IMG/VR virus record: IMGVR_UViG_3300035696_000038
Coordinates: 5,616 to 69,615 of that record
From: a virus
Strand: one strand, 5' to 3'
DNA length: 64,000 nt
This document shows, piece after piece, positions 45,249-54,508 of the stretch. Each line of letters starts with the position of its first letter. Position 1 is the first letter of the stretch. A program made the position numbers and the translations under genes. A model generated the notes under the pieces. It was not told the origin of the DNA, did not search any database, and saw only the letters and a program-made list of their open reading frames with translations.

Positions 45249-45809
45249 TTACTCGGGTTCCTCGGCGGGCGTTTGCAGCGTGACGGCCGCGGTGACGCCG
45301 TTGAGCACCATGAGAATGGCCAAGCCCGCCAAGCTCAGCCACACCACGCTGCAAAAAGTAAGAGTGCCCTCAAGCAACACCACAAAGCCCAGAGCCTTGA
45401 GCCGGTGATTGAACGCCTGCCGCGCCCACCCGAAAACAGAAAACGCCGAGTACACCAGGCCACCCGCCACCAAGGCCCACAACTGCGGACGCCGGGCCAC
45501 CTCAAGATGAATCAGCGTATAACTGGCCAAGGGCACAAAGCCCCCCAGCACCAGCCCGACCAGCGCGGACAAACGATGACCCGCGCCAAACGCCGCAACC
45601 GCCTGGTCAACCGGGTTGCCGCCAGCGCTTTTAAACGCCGCCAGCCGGGCTGCCTCAGCCCGCTGCGCTTGAACGGCGAACTTTCTGGCTTGCTCGGCTT
45701 CAGCCCGCGCCGCGCGCTCTTCGTCAGTAAGAGTTGGGCGCCCACGCTTGCGTTTGGCTTCTATCTGTGGCGCGGCCTCGGGGGTAACTTTCAGGCTCAG
45801 CAATCTCAT
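45249..45809 (-). CDS. Membrane protein with N-terminal AT-hook-like motif
   Basis: KRKRGRP followed by four TM segments. Confidence 0.65.
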   Translation of the reverse strand: MRLLSLKVTPEAAPQIEAKRKRGRPTLTDEERAARAEAEQARKFAVQAQRAEAARLAAFKSAGGNPVDQAVAAFGAGHRLSALVGLVLGGFVPLASYTLIHLEVARRPQLWALVAGGLVYSAFSVFGWARQAFNHRLKALGFVVLLEGTLTFCSVVWLSLAGLAILMVLNGVTAAVTLQTPAEEPE

Positions 45810-45959
45810 CGTCTCTCTGCTCTCTCCAAGCGTTCAAACGCTACCCTAAAATAGCGAAAGCGCTTTGGCTTGTCAAGCAGATAAAATAAATAACAGGCAA
45901 AGCTCAACGACGATAGAGATCAGGCGCTGGCAGCCGGACTGCCGCTGGATAGTCGTGGA

Positions 45960-46280
45960 GTTGCATCCGGGGGATGCACTCAAACTTTATTGCGGCTATA
46001 CTTTCGCGGTATCAGACCATCCGAAAACAGTTGCACCCAATGGGTGCACTTGAACTTCATTGCGGTAAGACGAGATCGTCGGGCCTGTTCAGCGCCTCGG
46101 GGTTGCACTCGGCAGGTGCACTTGAACCTCATTGCGGCAGAGACGACTGCGCTTTGCGACATTCCAGAGCACGTTGCACCCATCAGGTGCACTGAAACTT
46201 CATTGCGACTAACGCAGACCAAAGGGGCTGTTTTGTCCGACTCGTTGCACCCATCAGGTGCACTGAAACATGCTTAGCCG
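45960..46280 (-). CRISPR. Satellite CRISPR array C (5 repeats, 4 internal spacers)
   Basis: Reverse-complement repeats at 45960, 46030, 46102, 46173 and 46244, e.g. GTCGCAATGAAGTTTCAGTGCACCTGATGGGTGCAAC; spacers 33-35 bp. Confidence 0.92.
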
Positions 46281-46720
46281 TTTGGCTTGCTTTGCGCAGC
46301 CTTGCATTGCTCAACCACCAACCGATGCCCTTCAAGCGCCGCCTGGCGGGAAGTATAACGCGACTGCCGCTGATCGAGCGGGCCGCCAAAGACCATCGTC
46401 TCCCACAAGACGGGCTCGTAAGTCAGCGGCGAGGCCATGGGGTGAGAACAGAAAGAGTGATCGAGGCCGAGGAAAACCGTGGAGACCCTGCCCCACCGGA
46501 ACTCGGTGAGCGCTACGTGGCGCGAATGCGTAGCCATCCATTGAGACCAAACCACCACGTCCCGCTCTGGCATGGGATCGCCGCGCTCGTTGAGGATGTA
46601 AAAACCGCACCAATATGCGGCAGGTTCATCATCTTTCCGTTGACCAACTTTCTTGCGCGTCACAACCCAGCCAACCGATAGATGCCGAAACTGATGCGCT
46701 GAATCTTGCCGTCTCTGCAC
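46274..46720 (-). CDS. Conserved hypothetical phage protein
   Basis: VSTVFLGLDH...LWETMVFGG...RY.S...A.EGH; the stop overlaps the first repeat of array C. Confidence 0.75.
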   Translation of the reverse strand: MQRRQDSAHQFRHLSVGWVVTRKKVGQRKDDEPAAYWCGFYILNERGDPMPERDVVVWSQWMATHSRHVALTEFRWGRVSTVFLGLDHSFCSHPMASPLTYEPVLWETMVFGGPLDQRQSRYTSRQAALEGHRLVVEQCKAAQSKPNG

Positions 46721-47724
46721 ATGGTTGCAAGCAGGACCGGAAGATAGTGCTTGGCGTGAGCGCGCTTGCCGGCAGGGAGTTGCTCGCGAATCTCGGCCGA
46801 GGTCCAGTTTGTTCCTAAATTTTCAGTGAAGAACTTGACAATATCGGCTTGCCGGCACATGGAGGCATCTGAAACACTCCATCGGCCCGTAGCCCCTTTT
46901 GTGGGCTTTTCAGGCTTGGCGTGGTTGCGCCGGGCGGCAAGAAGCGTTGGCTCGATGCCTGCGCTTTGCTCCGCAACCAGAGCGCAGGCCGAGATGGTGT
47001 CGTCAATCTGGCGCAGGCTTTCTCTTTGTTGCTCGATGCGGTATTGAACGGCAAAAAGCTCTTCTTCAAGCTTCTTTTGCTGGGTTCGTTCCTGCTCCAT
47101 GGAAAACGCAATGTGGCTTTTGGCATCGCGCAGATGATCGACCATCGCCTTGAGGCTGTCACTAAACGGGGTTTGCTTTTCAAGCCAGCTTAGGTCGGGC
47201 GGCACAAACGGCACAAGTGTCTCGCTTATTGCCTCACCTGGAGCTTCAAGGGCTGGAGCCTCTGCCGCGCTTGCTTCTACCGCGGCGGGATCTGCGGGTT
47301 GAACGGCTTGAAGCGGAATTTCAGGGAAGGAGACCAGCGCGTCTTGCTCACTTGCCGGTTGAACCGGCGCGGTGATGAATTGATTGCCCTCTTTGCTCTG
47401 CTGAACTTTAGCGAGGACTAGTTCCGGCGCCGGCGAATCAACTAAGATCGCTGGAATTTCTGACTCAGCCGCTATGCTCTCAGTCTCTGGCATGGGCGGC
47501 TCACTAGTTGAAAATGCGTGTACCCTGAAAGGGTTTGACCGTTTGGCCGGAGGCACATAACGCGGCCCTAAAACTGGAGCGGCCGCGGCGGCTGACACGG
47601 GCTTTTCAGCCTTTTTGAGCACCCTTGAACCGTTTGATGCCGCTTTGGCTTTGCTGCTTGCCTCGGAACCGCTGCCTGCCGATAATACGCTGGACAACTT
47701 CTCTTGCATGATCGTGTTGCGCAT
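46660..47724 (-). CDS. Protein with low-complexity N-terminus, coiled coil and C-terminal winged-helix-like domain
   Basis: GAGGAG RBS; C-terminus ...MCRDGKIQRISFGIYRL. Confidence 0.65.
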   Translation of the reverse strand: MRNTIMQEKLSSVLSAGSGSEASSKAKAASNGSRVLKKAEKPVSAAAAAPVLGPRYVPPAKRSNPFRVHAFSTSEPPMPETESIAAESEIPAILVDSPAPELVLAKVQQSKEGNQFITAPVQPASEQDALVSFPEIPLQAVQPADPAAVEASAAEAPALEAPGEAISETLVPFVPPDLSWLEKQTPFSDSLKAMVDHLRDAKSHIAFSMEQERTQQKKLEEELFAVQYRIEQQRESLRQIDDTISACALVAEQSAGIEPTLLAARRNHAKPEKPTKGATGRWSVSDASMCRQADIVKFFTENLGTNWTSAEIREQLPAGKRAHAKHYLPVLLATMCRDGKIQRISFGIYRLAGL

Positions 47725-47836
47725 TTTTCTCCTCGGTTTTTTCCCACAGCGTTTTGAGTTGGACCGCGACTCAAAAAAGATTTGTGCCGACACAATAAGT
47801 TAAAAAACGCGCTTTGTCTAGCTCGATCACGGCATT

Positions 47837-48241
47837 TTATGCAATTTTGGCGCGATAGACGCCGCGGCCGACGCGCACAATGCCGCCCTCACGGCAAAGA
47901 TCGAAGAGCCGCTGGGCGGCGTAACGGCGGGCGCTCAACCGCTTTTTGGGCGGCGCCGCATCGATGAGGTCGGAGGCCCGCACATCCCGGCCAGGATGAG
48001 ACTGAAAGTAGTCACGGCAATCTTCGATCGTCCAAAGGTCAGCCCGCTTCCGCTCTGACGCGCTGACGGGTTGCGGCTTTTTGGCCGCGGTGCCTTTGGC
48101 GCGAGCCTCAATGGCCTTGGCAATGTTGCGGCGGGCGGCGGCCAGCTTGGCCGAAGTGCGCGCCGAACCCCCTGCCCTGCCGCCCTTGGACCCCAGGCAG
48201 GAGAGACAAACCAACTCGGTTTGATGGAGCGGACAGCGCAC
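47837..48241 (-). CDS. Protein with Zn knuckle, KGG motif and winged-helix-like C-terminus
   Basis: CPLH..CLSC, GSKGG..TSAKLAAARRN; C-terminus LCREGGIVRVGRGVYRA resembles its neighbour. Confidence 0.65.
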   Translation of the reverse strand: MRCPLHQTELVCLSCLGSKGGRAGGSARTSAKLAAARRNIAKAIEARAKGTAAKKPQPVSASERKRADLWTIEDCRDYFQSHPGRDVRASDLIDAAPPKKRLSARRYAAQRLFDLCREGGIVRVGRGVYRAKIA

Positions 48242-48303
48242 GGCAAAACCCCTTTCAACTTGCGTGGATCATAACAAGGCGGTTTTGCTCAAGTCAACAA
48301 GGC

Positions 48304-48546
48304 GTTGCATCCGGTGGATGCACTGGAACTGCGTTGCGGGGGTCAATGAGGCGTTTTATTCCGGAGGTATCAAAAGTTGCATCCAGAGGATGCACTGGAA
48401 CCTTATCCCGCCAACATGTCGAGAGAAATCCAAAGTTGCACCCGATGGGTGCATTAAAACATTACCGCGAGGGACACCGCCATTGACAAGACGCCATGGC
48501 ATCTCGAAAGTTGCACCCGGTGGGTGCACTCGAACCCGCTCGCCGT
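48304..48546 (-). CRISPR. Satellite CRISPR array D (4 divergent repeats)
   Basis: Reverse-complement repeats at 48304, 48376, 48435 and 48510, e.g. CCCGCAACGCAGTTCCAGTGCATCCACCGGATGCAAC; spacers of 35, 22 and 38 bp. Confidence 0.88.
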
Positions 48547-48612
48547 AAGTCTATCCGCCGCCGCTGCTTGCTGACAACTGTGAACTGCGAACTGTGAACT
48601 GTGAACTGTCCC

Positions 48613-49215
48613 CTACGGCCTGGCGAGAAGCCGATAAATGGTCGACGGCGCGGCGCCCAAAGCCTGCGCGATGGCACTGTAAGGCATGCGCGCGGCGCGC
48701 ATGGCCCTGGCTTTGTCAATGTCGATCTTTGCGGACGGACGGCCCGGACCGGTTTGCCCCGTGGGACCCGGTTTTTTAGTCTGCTTTTGCCGCCGCAGCC
48801 CGGCCTTGGTGCGCTCGGACTGCAGAATGCTCTCTTGCCGCCAAAGTGACGCCAAAATCGAAAGCACCAGACCGCCAGAGGCACCGCAGGTATCGATAGT
48901 CGACTCGGTAAACGACCGGAAGCTCACCCCCAAGTCGGAGAGTTGAACCAGAAGGCGCAGCGTGGCCAGCGCGCCCAGACGCGAGAACTGATCGAGCGAC
49001 CAAAAGACCACCACGTCAAAACGGCCGCACGTGGCGTCGGCCAGCATCGCGGCCCGCTGCTGCTGCTGAACGGCAAACCCGGTTGCGGCTTCGCAATAAA
49101 CCTTTACAAGCGTCCACCCTTGCCGATGAACGAACTCGCTGAGCTTGCTTGACTGAGCCTCGTCGGCAAACGCCTCACCCGCGTTACCGGCGCGTAGATA
49201 GATGGCTGCCCGCAT
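48613..49215 (-). CDS. Small serine resolvase/invertase with HTH; catalytic motif degenerate
   Basis: MRAAIYLRAGN (canonical YxRVST), FDVVVFWSLDQFSR, ERTKAGL, GRP, STIYR. Confidence 0.82.
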   Translation of the reverse strand: MRAAIYLRAGNAGEAFADEAQSSKLSEFVHRQGWTLVKVYCEAATGFAVQQQQRAAMLADATCGRFDVVVFWSLDQFSRLGALATLRLLVQLSDLGVSFRSFTESTIDTCGASGGLVLSILASLWRQESILQSERTKAGLRRQKQTKKPGPTGQTGPGRPSAKIDIDKARAMRAARMPYSAIAQALGAAPSTIYRLLARP

Positions 49216-49312
49216 GAAACACCCCCCGATAATGGAACATTGTACCTCACTACCGGGCGCAACGCGCCACCAATGTTGGTAAATATGCCCCTTTGGTTTA
49301 CATTGCATCTAT

Positions 49313-49577
49313 GATTCGGGACGGCAAAATTGCTCACTGCGATGTGTGCCACGAGGAATGGGTGCACGACGAGAACCAGCCGAAGCGCGAACGGTGCAAA
49401 AACCGGCGATGCCGCTCAAGACGCTGGGACTCTGGGGGAGAAGACCGCCGCACCTGGCCGCGCCTAGATCCGCGATTAGACCCGCGCCTAGATCCGCGAT
49501 TGGACCCGCGCCTGAACCCCCCACCCCCTGCCTCACCCGGACCCCCGTTGCCGCCGCCCCGCAAACCAACCCGCTGA
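49313..49577 (+). CDS. Small Zn-ribbon protein with (LDPR)4 tandem repeat
   Basis: CDVC..W....P.RC...CRSRRW; 12-bp tandem repeat at ~49460-49515. Confidence 0.55.
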
Positions 49578-49624
49578 GCCGCGGATGAGCCAAAGCATAT
49601 TATTTTGCGCTTTACCAATGCAAA

Positions 49625-49996
49625 ATGGGGTATCGTGTTGTGCATCGCATTGGCCCCCCAAAAAACGAAGCCGAGGAGCGGGTTTTGGACTTTGAAGACG
49701 AAATGGCTTTTACGAATTTCAGAACGCCACCGGCTGTTTGCCCGAAGTGCGGCTACCAGATGAACGCGGCGACCCCAGCGACCCCTGGCACCAAGACCGC
49801 GCCCGAGCCGGGGGACTTTAGCATCTGCATTGAGTGCGCCGCCGCCCTGCGTTTTGGCCCCGCCCGATGCCTGCGCGAAGTGACCGATGAGGAACTGGCG
49901 GAGCTGGCGCTTGAAGACCTGCAGGGCTTTCAGCTCTTGGTGAAGGCGCAGAATGTAGTGGCGACCCTTGCCGGGCAAAGAAAGAAAAAGCGATGA
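49625..49996 (+). CDS. Zn-ribbon hypothetical protein
   Basis: CPKCG...PEPGDFSICIEC. Confidence 0.65.
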   Translation: MGYRVVHRIGPPKNEAEERVLDFEDEMAFTNFRTPPAVCPKCGYQMNAATPATPGTKTAPEPGDFSICIECAAALRFGPARCLREVTDEELAELALEDLQGFQLLVKAQNVVATLAGQRKKKR

Positions 49997-50199
49997 GCGA
50001 GAAGGTGACACTGGTGATGGATATTCGCGGTCTGCGGCGGGAAGCCGGAGTCACCATCGAACAAGCGGCGGCGATGACCGAAGTTCCCAAGGCAACACTG
50101 ATGCGCATCGAGACCGGAGCCGCGCCAGCGCTGGAGAACGCGCTGAGGATTGCGCGCTTTATGCGGACACCGGTGGAAGAGATTTGGAGGCTTGAATGA
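49993..50199 (+). CDS. XRE-family HTH regulator
   Basis: LRREAGVTIEQAAAMTEVPKATLMRIETG..P.LENALRIA. Confidence 0.85.
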   Translation: MSEKVTLVMDIRGLRREAGVTIEQAAAMTEVPKATLMRIETGAAPALENALRIARFMRTPVEEIWRLE

Positions 50200-50597
50200 C
50201 TAACGAGCTTAAATGCGACCTATGCGGCGACGGTGGAACGATTTATTTGCATGCGCGGTGCCACGGCGTGGAGCCGCCCTGGGTCTGCTTGACCGGCGAT
50301 GTGCTGACCCTGGAATGCTCGGTTTGCAAGCGGCTGGTGAGCCGGTTCAGGCTGGCGCAAGAAGGAACGGACCCAGCCGCCGCGCGGCTGGAACAAGCCC
50401 TGCAAATTGCCCGGCACGCCTTGAGCGAACAGCACGACGCCATCGATCAATTGTTTGCCCGGCTGACAGTGGCGGACGAAAACTTTTCTCCATCGCGCAC
50501 CGGACAGCCCTGGCGGGCGCTGCTGGAGGGCAACGAAGCCATGAAGGCGATTGAGGCCACCATGCTACGAGCGGACAACCAGGGAGAACCGCAATGA
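50196..50597 (+). CDS. Hypothetical protein
   Basis: ATGA coupling; Cys/His cluster. Confidence 0.65.
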   Translation: MTNELKCDLCGDGGTIYLHARCHGVEPPWVCLTGDVLTLECSVCKRLVSRFRLAQEGTDPAAARLEQALQIARHALSEQHDAIDQLFARLTVADENFSPSRTGQPWRALLEGNEAMKAIEATMLRADNQGEPQ

Positions 50598-50977
50598 GGG
50601 TCATCATTGCCGGCAGCCGCAATATTGGCGATATGTGGGCGCTGGAGGCGGCCATTCGCCAGGCAGACTTTGAAATTACCGAGGTGGTTTCAGGCCGGGC
50701 CGCGGGCGTGGACACGTTGGGCGAGATATGGGCCGACCTGAACGGAATACCGAAAAAGCTGTTTGCGCCCGACAGGAAGAAACACGGCTGGCCTAAAGCC
50801 GCCTTTGTGCGAAACGCGCAGATGGCCGACTATGCCGATGCCTTGATTGCCGTGTGGGACGGCGAAAGCCACGGCACGAAACACATGATCGAGTGTGCCA
50901 GGAAGAAAGGCTTGAAGGTGCACGTGTTTTTGCTTGACCCAATCAGGTACCGCCCCTGTGACCGAGGCAACTCGTGA
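50594..50977 (+). CDS. SLOG-family (YspA/DUF2493-like) nucleotide-binding protein
   Basis: VIIAGSR, VVSGRAAGVDTLGE.WA, RNAQMADYADALIAVWDGESHGTKHMI. Confidence 0.88.
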   Translation: MRVIIAGSRNIGDMWALEAAIRQADFEITEVVSGRAAGVDTLGEIWADLNGIPKKLFAPDRKKHGWPKAAFVRNAQMADYADALIAVWDGESHGTKHMIECARKKGLKVHVFLLDPIRYRPCDRGNS

Positions 50978-51348
50978 CCAAAAAACATGAACTCATGGAA
51001 GAACTTGACTTTATGCTCTTGGGCTTGGTAAGCGCGGAAAGGATGCAATTATCGAGACAACAGGCGATTATCCGGCGCATTGTCGGGCGTTTAGTGGAGC
51101 AACTGGCCGAACTTGAGACAAACAAAAATGAAGATCGCTGCGATATCTGACACCCATGGGCTGGCCTTTGACCGGCCCCCCGGCAGACAGAATGCTTCCG
51201 CCGCTGGTGTTTGAGATTACCTAACTGGCTCAATGCGCGCAGATTAAACTAGACTTGCGCCTTGGGCTCGGTTATCTTGCTCAAGAATGCCTGCCGGGCA
51301 GTTGAGGGACGGCAGGAGCTAGAACCCCACGAGGAGGGGGAAACGGAA

Positions 51349-51756
51349 ATGAAGGCCGCAAATAAAAAAGCGAAGCTGAAGTGCCCGGAGTGCCACCGCG
51401 GCGACTTTGAAAACCTGCGCAATTTGGGCGTGCATCGGAAGTTCCAGCATGGGGTGCCGGGACAATCTGCCGCGTCGGTTTACAAGCGGAAGCACGAGCA
51501 GAACGAAAAGCTGGCCGAGGACCCGAACCATGACCAGGACCGGGCCCGCGAGCCCCAGGAGCCGCAGGGGGCCGTCGAAGCTCTGCCGTCGATAGCGGCG
51601 GCGCAAGCCGCGGCCACTATTACTCCAGTGCTGGTGGGCTACGCCGTGGCCAAGTTGGAACACCTGGCCGAGACCATTGCGCGCGCCCAAGCAGTGCCTG
51701 AAAGGGAATTTGTAAAACTGGTGGCCCGGCAGCTGGTGGCCTTGAGAGACCGGTAG
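51349..51756 (+). CDS. C2H2 Zn-finger-containing hypothetical protein
   Basis: CPECH...F..L..LGVHRKFQH; TAGACT-N17-TATCTT promoter at ~51250. Confidence 0.65.
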   Translation: MKAANKKAKLKCPECHRGDFENLRNLGVHRKFQHGVPGQSAASVYKRKHEQNEKLAEDPNHDQDRAREPQEPQGAVEALPSIAAAQAAATITPVLVGYAVAKLEHLAETIARAQAVPEREFVKLVARQLVALRDR

Positions 51757-51876
51757 AACAATGGCAGACGAGCTGGCTGCGAGGCGGCGCGTGACAATGT
51801 CGCAGTGGGTGATCTATGACCACCCACGCGACCACCCCCAAAAGGAACATAGCCAACCAGAGAAAGACGCGAACGA

Positions 51877-52302
51877 ATGACGGCGGAATGGAAAGAGACC
51901 CTGCTAACTCTTGCTGACATCTTCGCCAGCCTGTTGCTGGTCGCTTACGGGATGATGATCGGTCATCAATCCCGCCACAGCATGTGGTTTGGGGCTTTGT
52001 TGTGCTCAGCGATTGCGAGCTTTCTTATCGCCTCGACCGCAGTGCGAAACCACGCTGCGCGTAAGTTGATTGAGGTGTCGAAACAACTGATCCTGATGCA
52101 GAAGAGACTGATCGGCGATGCCGACATCCTGAACCTGCGGGAGCGGAACGCCAAGCTTACTGACGTTGCATTGTCCGCAGTGGCGCTGATGGTGACCATT
52201 GAACATGGAATGACGCCCGACCTGCACGCCCTGAAACGGGATTTGGCGGCTGCGGGCCAACTGCGCGCTGAAGACAAGCCGAACAGCGCCGCAAAACCTT
52301 GA
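51877..52302 (+). CDS. Membrane protein
   Basis: Two N-terminal TM segments. Confidence 0.55.
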   Translation: MTAEWKETLLTLADIFASLLLVAYGMMIGHQSRHSMWFGALLCSAIASFLIASTAVRNHAARKLIEVSKQLILMQKRLIGDADILNLRERNAKLTDVALSAVALMVTIEHGMTPDLHALKRDLAAAGQLRAEDKPNSAAKP

Positions 52303-52336
52303 CCGCCGATCGCTGCGATAGGAGAAAGAGCCCGCC

Positions 52337-52867
52337 ATGCCCTATGACCTGACACCCGTGAACCGCGAAGCCGGTGCCTTTCGCTTTGGCGCCTTCAGCT
52401 TTGTTGTATTGCTCGAAGCCTGCGGGTACCTGTTTACCTGTGTTCATGGGCCAGCGCAATGGTTTTGTGTGTGGGAAGCCGATGAACGGATGAACGGAGC
52501 GCACCCCGACGGCTCAAAAGACCCTTACCCTGCGATCTTGGGCGGCGGTTTTGACGTGAGCGACGAAGAAGCGCGCATCATGGCGCGCATGGCGCGAAAC
52601 TTTGCGGCGGTGCAGCGCAAGCTGCCAGAAGAAAACCGTGCGCAGGATCTGCGCTCAAAACCGAGATTCGACCGTGCCGACGTTCTGCACCTGCTGACCA
52701 AGGCAATGGCGGGTGGCCAGGCGGGTCCCTGGCCGACGAAGGTACGCGACGACTTTACCGCCAGGATCGAGCGGTTTGCCGAATGGGCGCCGCGCTCGGG
52801 CGGCTTCCACGTCAACTTCAGTTTGACCGTGCGCTTTACAAACGCCCAAGAAAAGGATGAAGCATGA
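52337..52867 (+). CDS. Hypothetical protein
   Basis: AGGAG RBS; 176 aa. Confidence 0.7.
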   Translation: MPYDLTPVNREAGAFRFGAFSFVVLLEACGYLFTCVHGPAQWFCVWEADERMNGAHPDGSKDPYPAILGGGFDVSDEEARIMARMARNFAAVQRKLPEENRAQDLRSKPRFDRADVLHLLTKAMAGGQAGPWPTKVRDDFTARIERFAEWAPRSGGFHVNFSLTVRFTNAQEKDEA

Positions 52868-53367
52868 CCGACAAAATAACCGCCCCGCTGGCCGACCCAG
52901 ACTTGGACTGCGTGGGCTTTAACCTGGACACGCAAAAACTGCTGTGTCTGATGGTCTTGGACGACGAGCTGGCCGCGCTGCTCAGCGACCAGGCCGGAGA
53001 GGCTTTTTGGCGCGCGTTTATTGTGGAAGATCGTGTTACTGGCGAGATCCACGCGCGGCAACGCTTCCGCTACGTTGACCACGATTCGTGGTCGCACCTG
53101 AACCTGAACGCCGAGCGGCAAAAGAAAAGCCGTGAGGAGCGCGTGGACTATCTGCGGGGAGGGCTTGAGTTTGTGCTGCGCGGGGCTTTTGCCATGCTGA
53201 CCAAGGGTGCACCGGCACCTAAGGATATGGTGGTCAACTTCTTTCCGCCAGACGACCAGGGCGACGGCAACAATACACTCAAGTGGCTGATCGAGAAGGA
53301 CCTGATTTACGTGCGCGGGGTGGAGAAAGCAGAAGGCGAACCGGCAGAGGGAGATGTTTTGATGTGA
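52864..53367 (+). CDS. Hypothetical protein; intact paralog of the gene upstream of cas12
   Basis: KLLCLMVLDD, FWRAFIVED, FFPPDDQGD..LKWLIEKDLI; the stop lies within the first repeat of array E. Confidence 0.8.
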   Translation: MTDKITAPLADPDLDCVGFNLDTQKLLCLMVLDDELAALLSDQAGEAFWRAFIVEDRVTGEIHARQRFRYVDHDSWSHLNLNAERQKKSREERVDYLRGGLEFVLRGAFAMLTKGAPAPKDMVVNFFPPDDQGDGNNTLKWLIEKDLIYVRGVEKAEGEPAEGDVLM

Positions 53368-53938
53368 CGCGAGTGCATCCCACGGATGCAACTGTCCAGG
53401 CGGTATGCTTGGGGGACGCCAACTGGGCGCGGCGTGATTCGAGTGCACCCCTTGGGTGCAACATACTGATGGGAACCGCGCTTGACTTCTTTGGTCGGGT
53501 CGTCACGTGGTTTGAGTGCATCCCACGGATGCAACTACGTCGAACGTCCCGATCAGCATCGCGCTGAATGGGCGCAACGCAGTTCAAGTGCACCCCTTGG
53601 GTGCAACAATCGGCCCTGTTTGATCGCCGCGTGGAGAGTGCGCGGCGCAATGCAGTTTCAGTGCACCCCATGGGTGCAACACTCATCGGTCCTATCTCCT
53701 CGGTTTTGTTGATCGGCGCAACGCAGTTCAAGTGCACTTTCTCGGTGCAACCTTAAACTCGTAGGTCAACGTCTCTGTATTGCCGTGGCGCAACGCAGTT
53801 TCAGTGCACCCCACGGGTGCAACGTATTCGCTGTTTTCAAGAATGCGGTGAGTGATCTCCCGCAACGCAGTTCGAGTGCATCCCCAGGATGCAACCGCGT
53901 AGGCCAAAAAGATCGTTGGCGCGCTTTGCCGTAACGCG
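53356..53938 (+). CRISPR. Satellite CRISPR array E (8 repeats plus a 5'-half remnant)
   Basis: Repeats end at 53392, 53462, 53535, 53607, 53680, 53751, 53823 and 53895; spacers 33-36 bp; remnant GCCGTAACGCG at ~53928. Confidence 0.95.
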
Positions 53939-54006
53939 CTATGATGCCCCAAACACTGCGGACCAGGGCCAAACGGGGCGCGCACGGCGCGCGGAGCGCG
54001 AACGAG

Positions 54007-54408
54007 ATGTCAAAGAGCGTCAACAAGGCGATCCTACTGGGCAATGTGGGCAAGGACCCGGAGATTCGCGCCCTGCCCAATGGCACCAAAGTTGCCACGC
54101 TGAGCCTGGCTACCAGCGAAAGCTACAAAGACGCGACCGGCAACCAGAAAGACCGCACCGAATGGCACACCGTGGTAGCCTACGGCCGCGCCGCCGAGCT
54201 GATTGAAACCTACGTGAAAAAGGGCGCCAAACTCTACGTCGAGGGCCGCATCGAAACCCGCTCATGGGACGACAAGCGCAGCGGCGAAAAAAGATACGCC
54301 ACCGAGATCCGCGTGAACGAAATCGTGTTTGCCGGCGCACCCGCCACCGCCGCCCCTGCCGCGCAAGCACAGCGTGAGCCCGGCGAAGACTGGGACAATT
54401 TCCGCTAA
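54007..54408 (+). CDS. ssb: Single-stranded DNA-binding protein
   Basis: SVNKAILLGNVGKDPEIR, TEWH.VV, YVKKGAKLYVEGRIETRSW. Confidence 0.96.
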   Translation: MSKSVNKAILLGNVGKDPEIRALPNGTKVATLSLATSESYKDATGNQKDRTEWHTVVAYGRAAELIETYVKKGAKLYVEGRIETRSWDDKRSGEKRYATEIRVNEIVFAGAPATAAPAAQAQREPGEDWDNFR

Positions 54409-54508
54409 CGAAAACACGCCGAAACACACCAAAACAAGCCGTAACGCACCCGCCGCGAACAGTGGGTTTATCATGCCTGCCGAGGGTTGTATTTTTCGGG
54501 GGGGCGTT

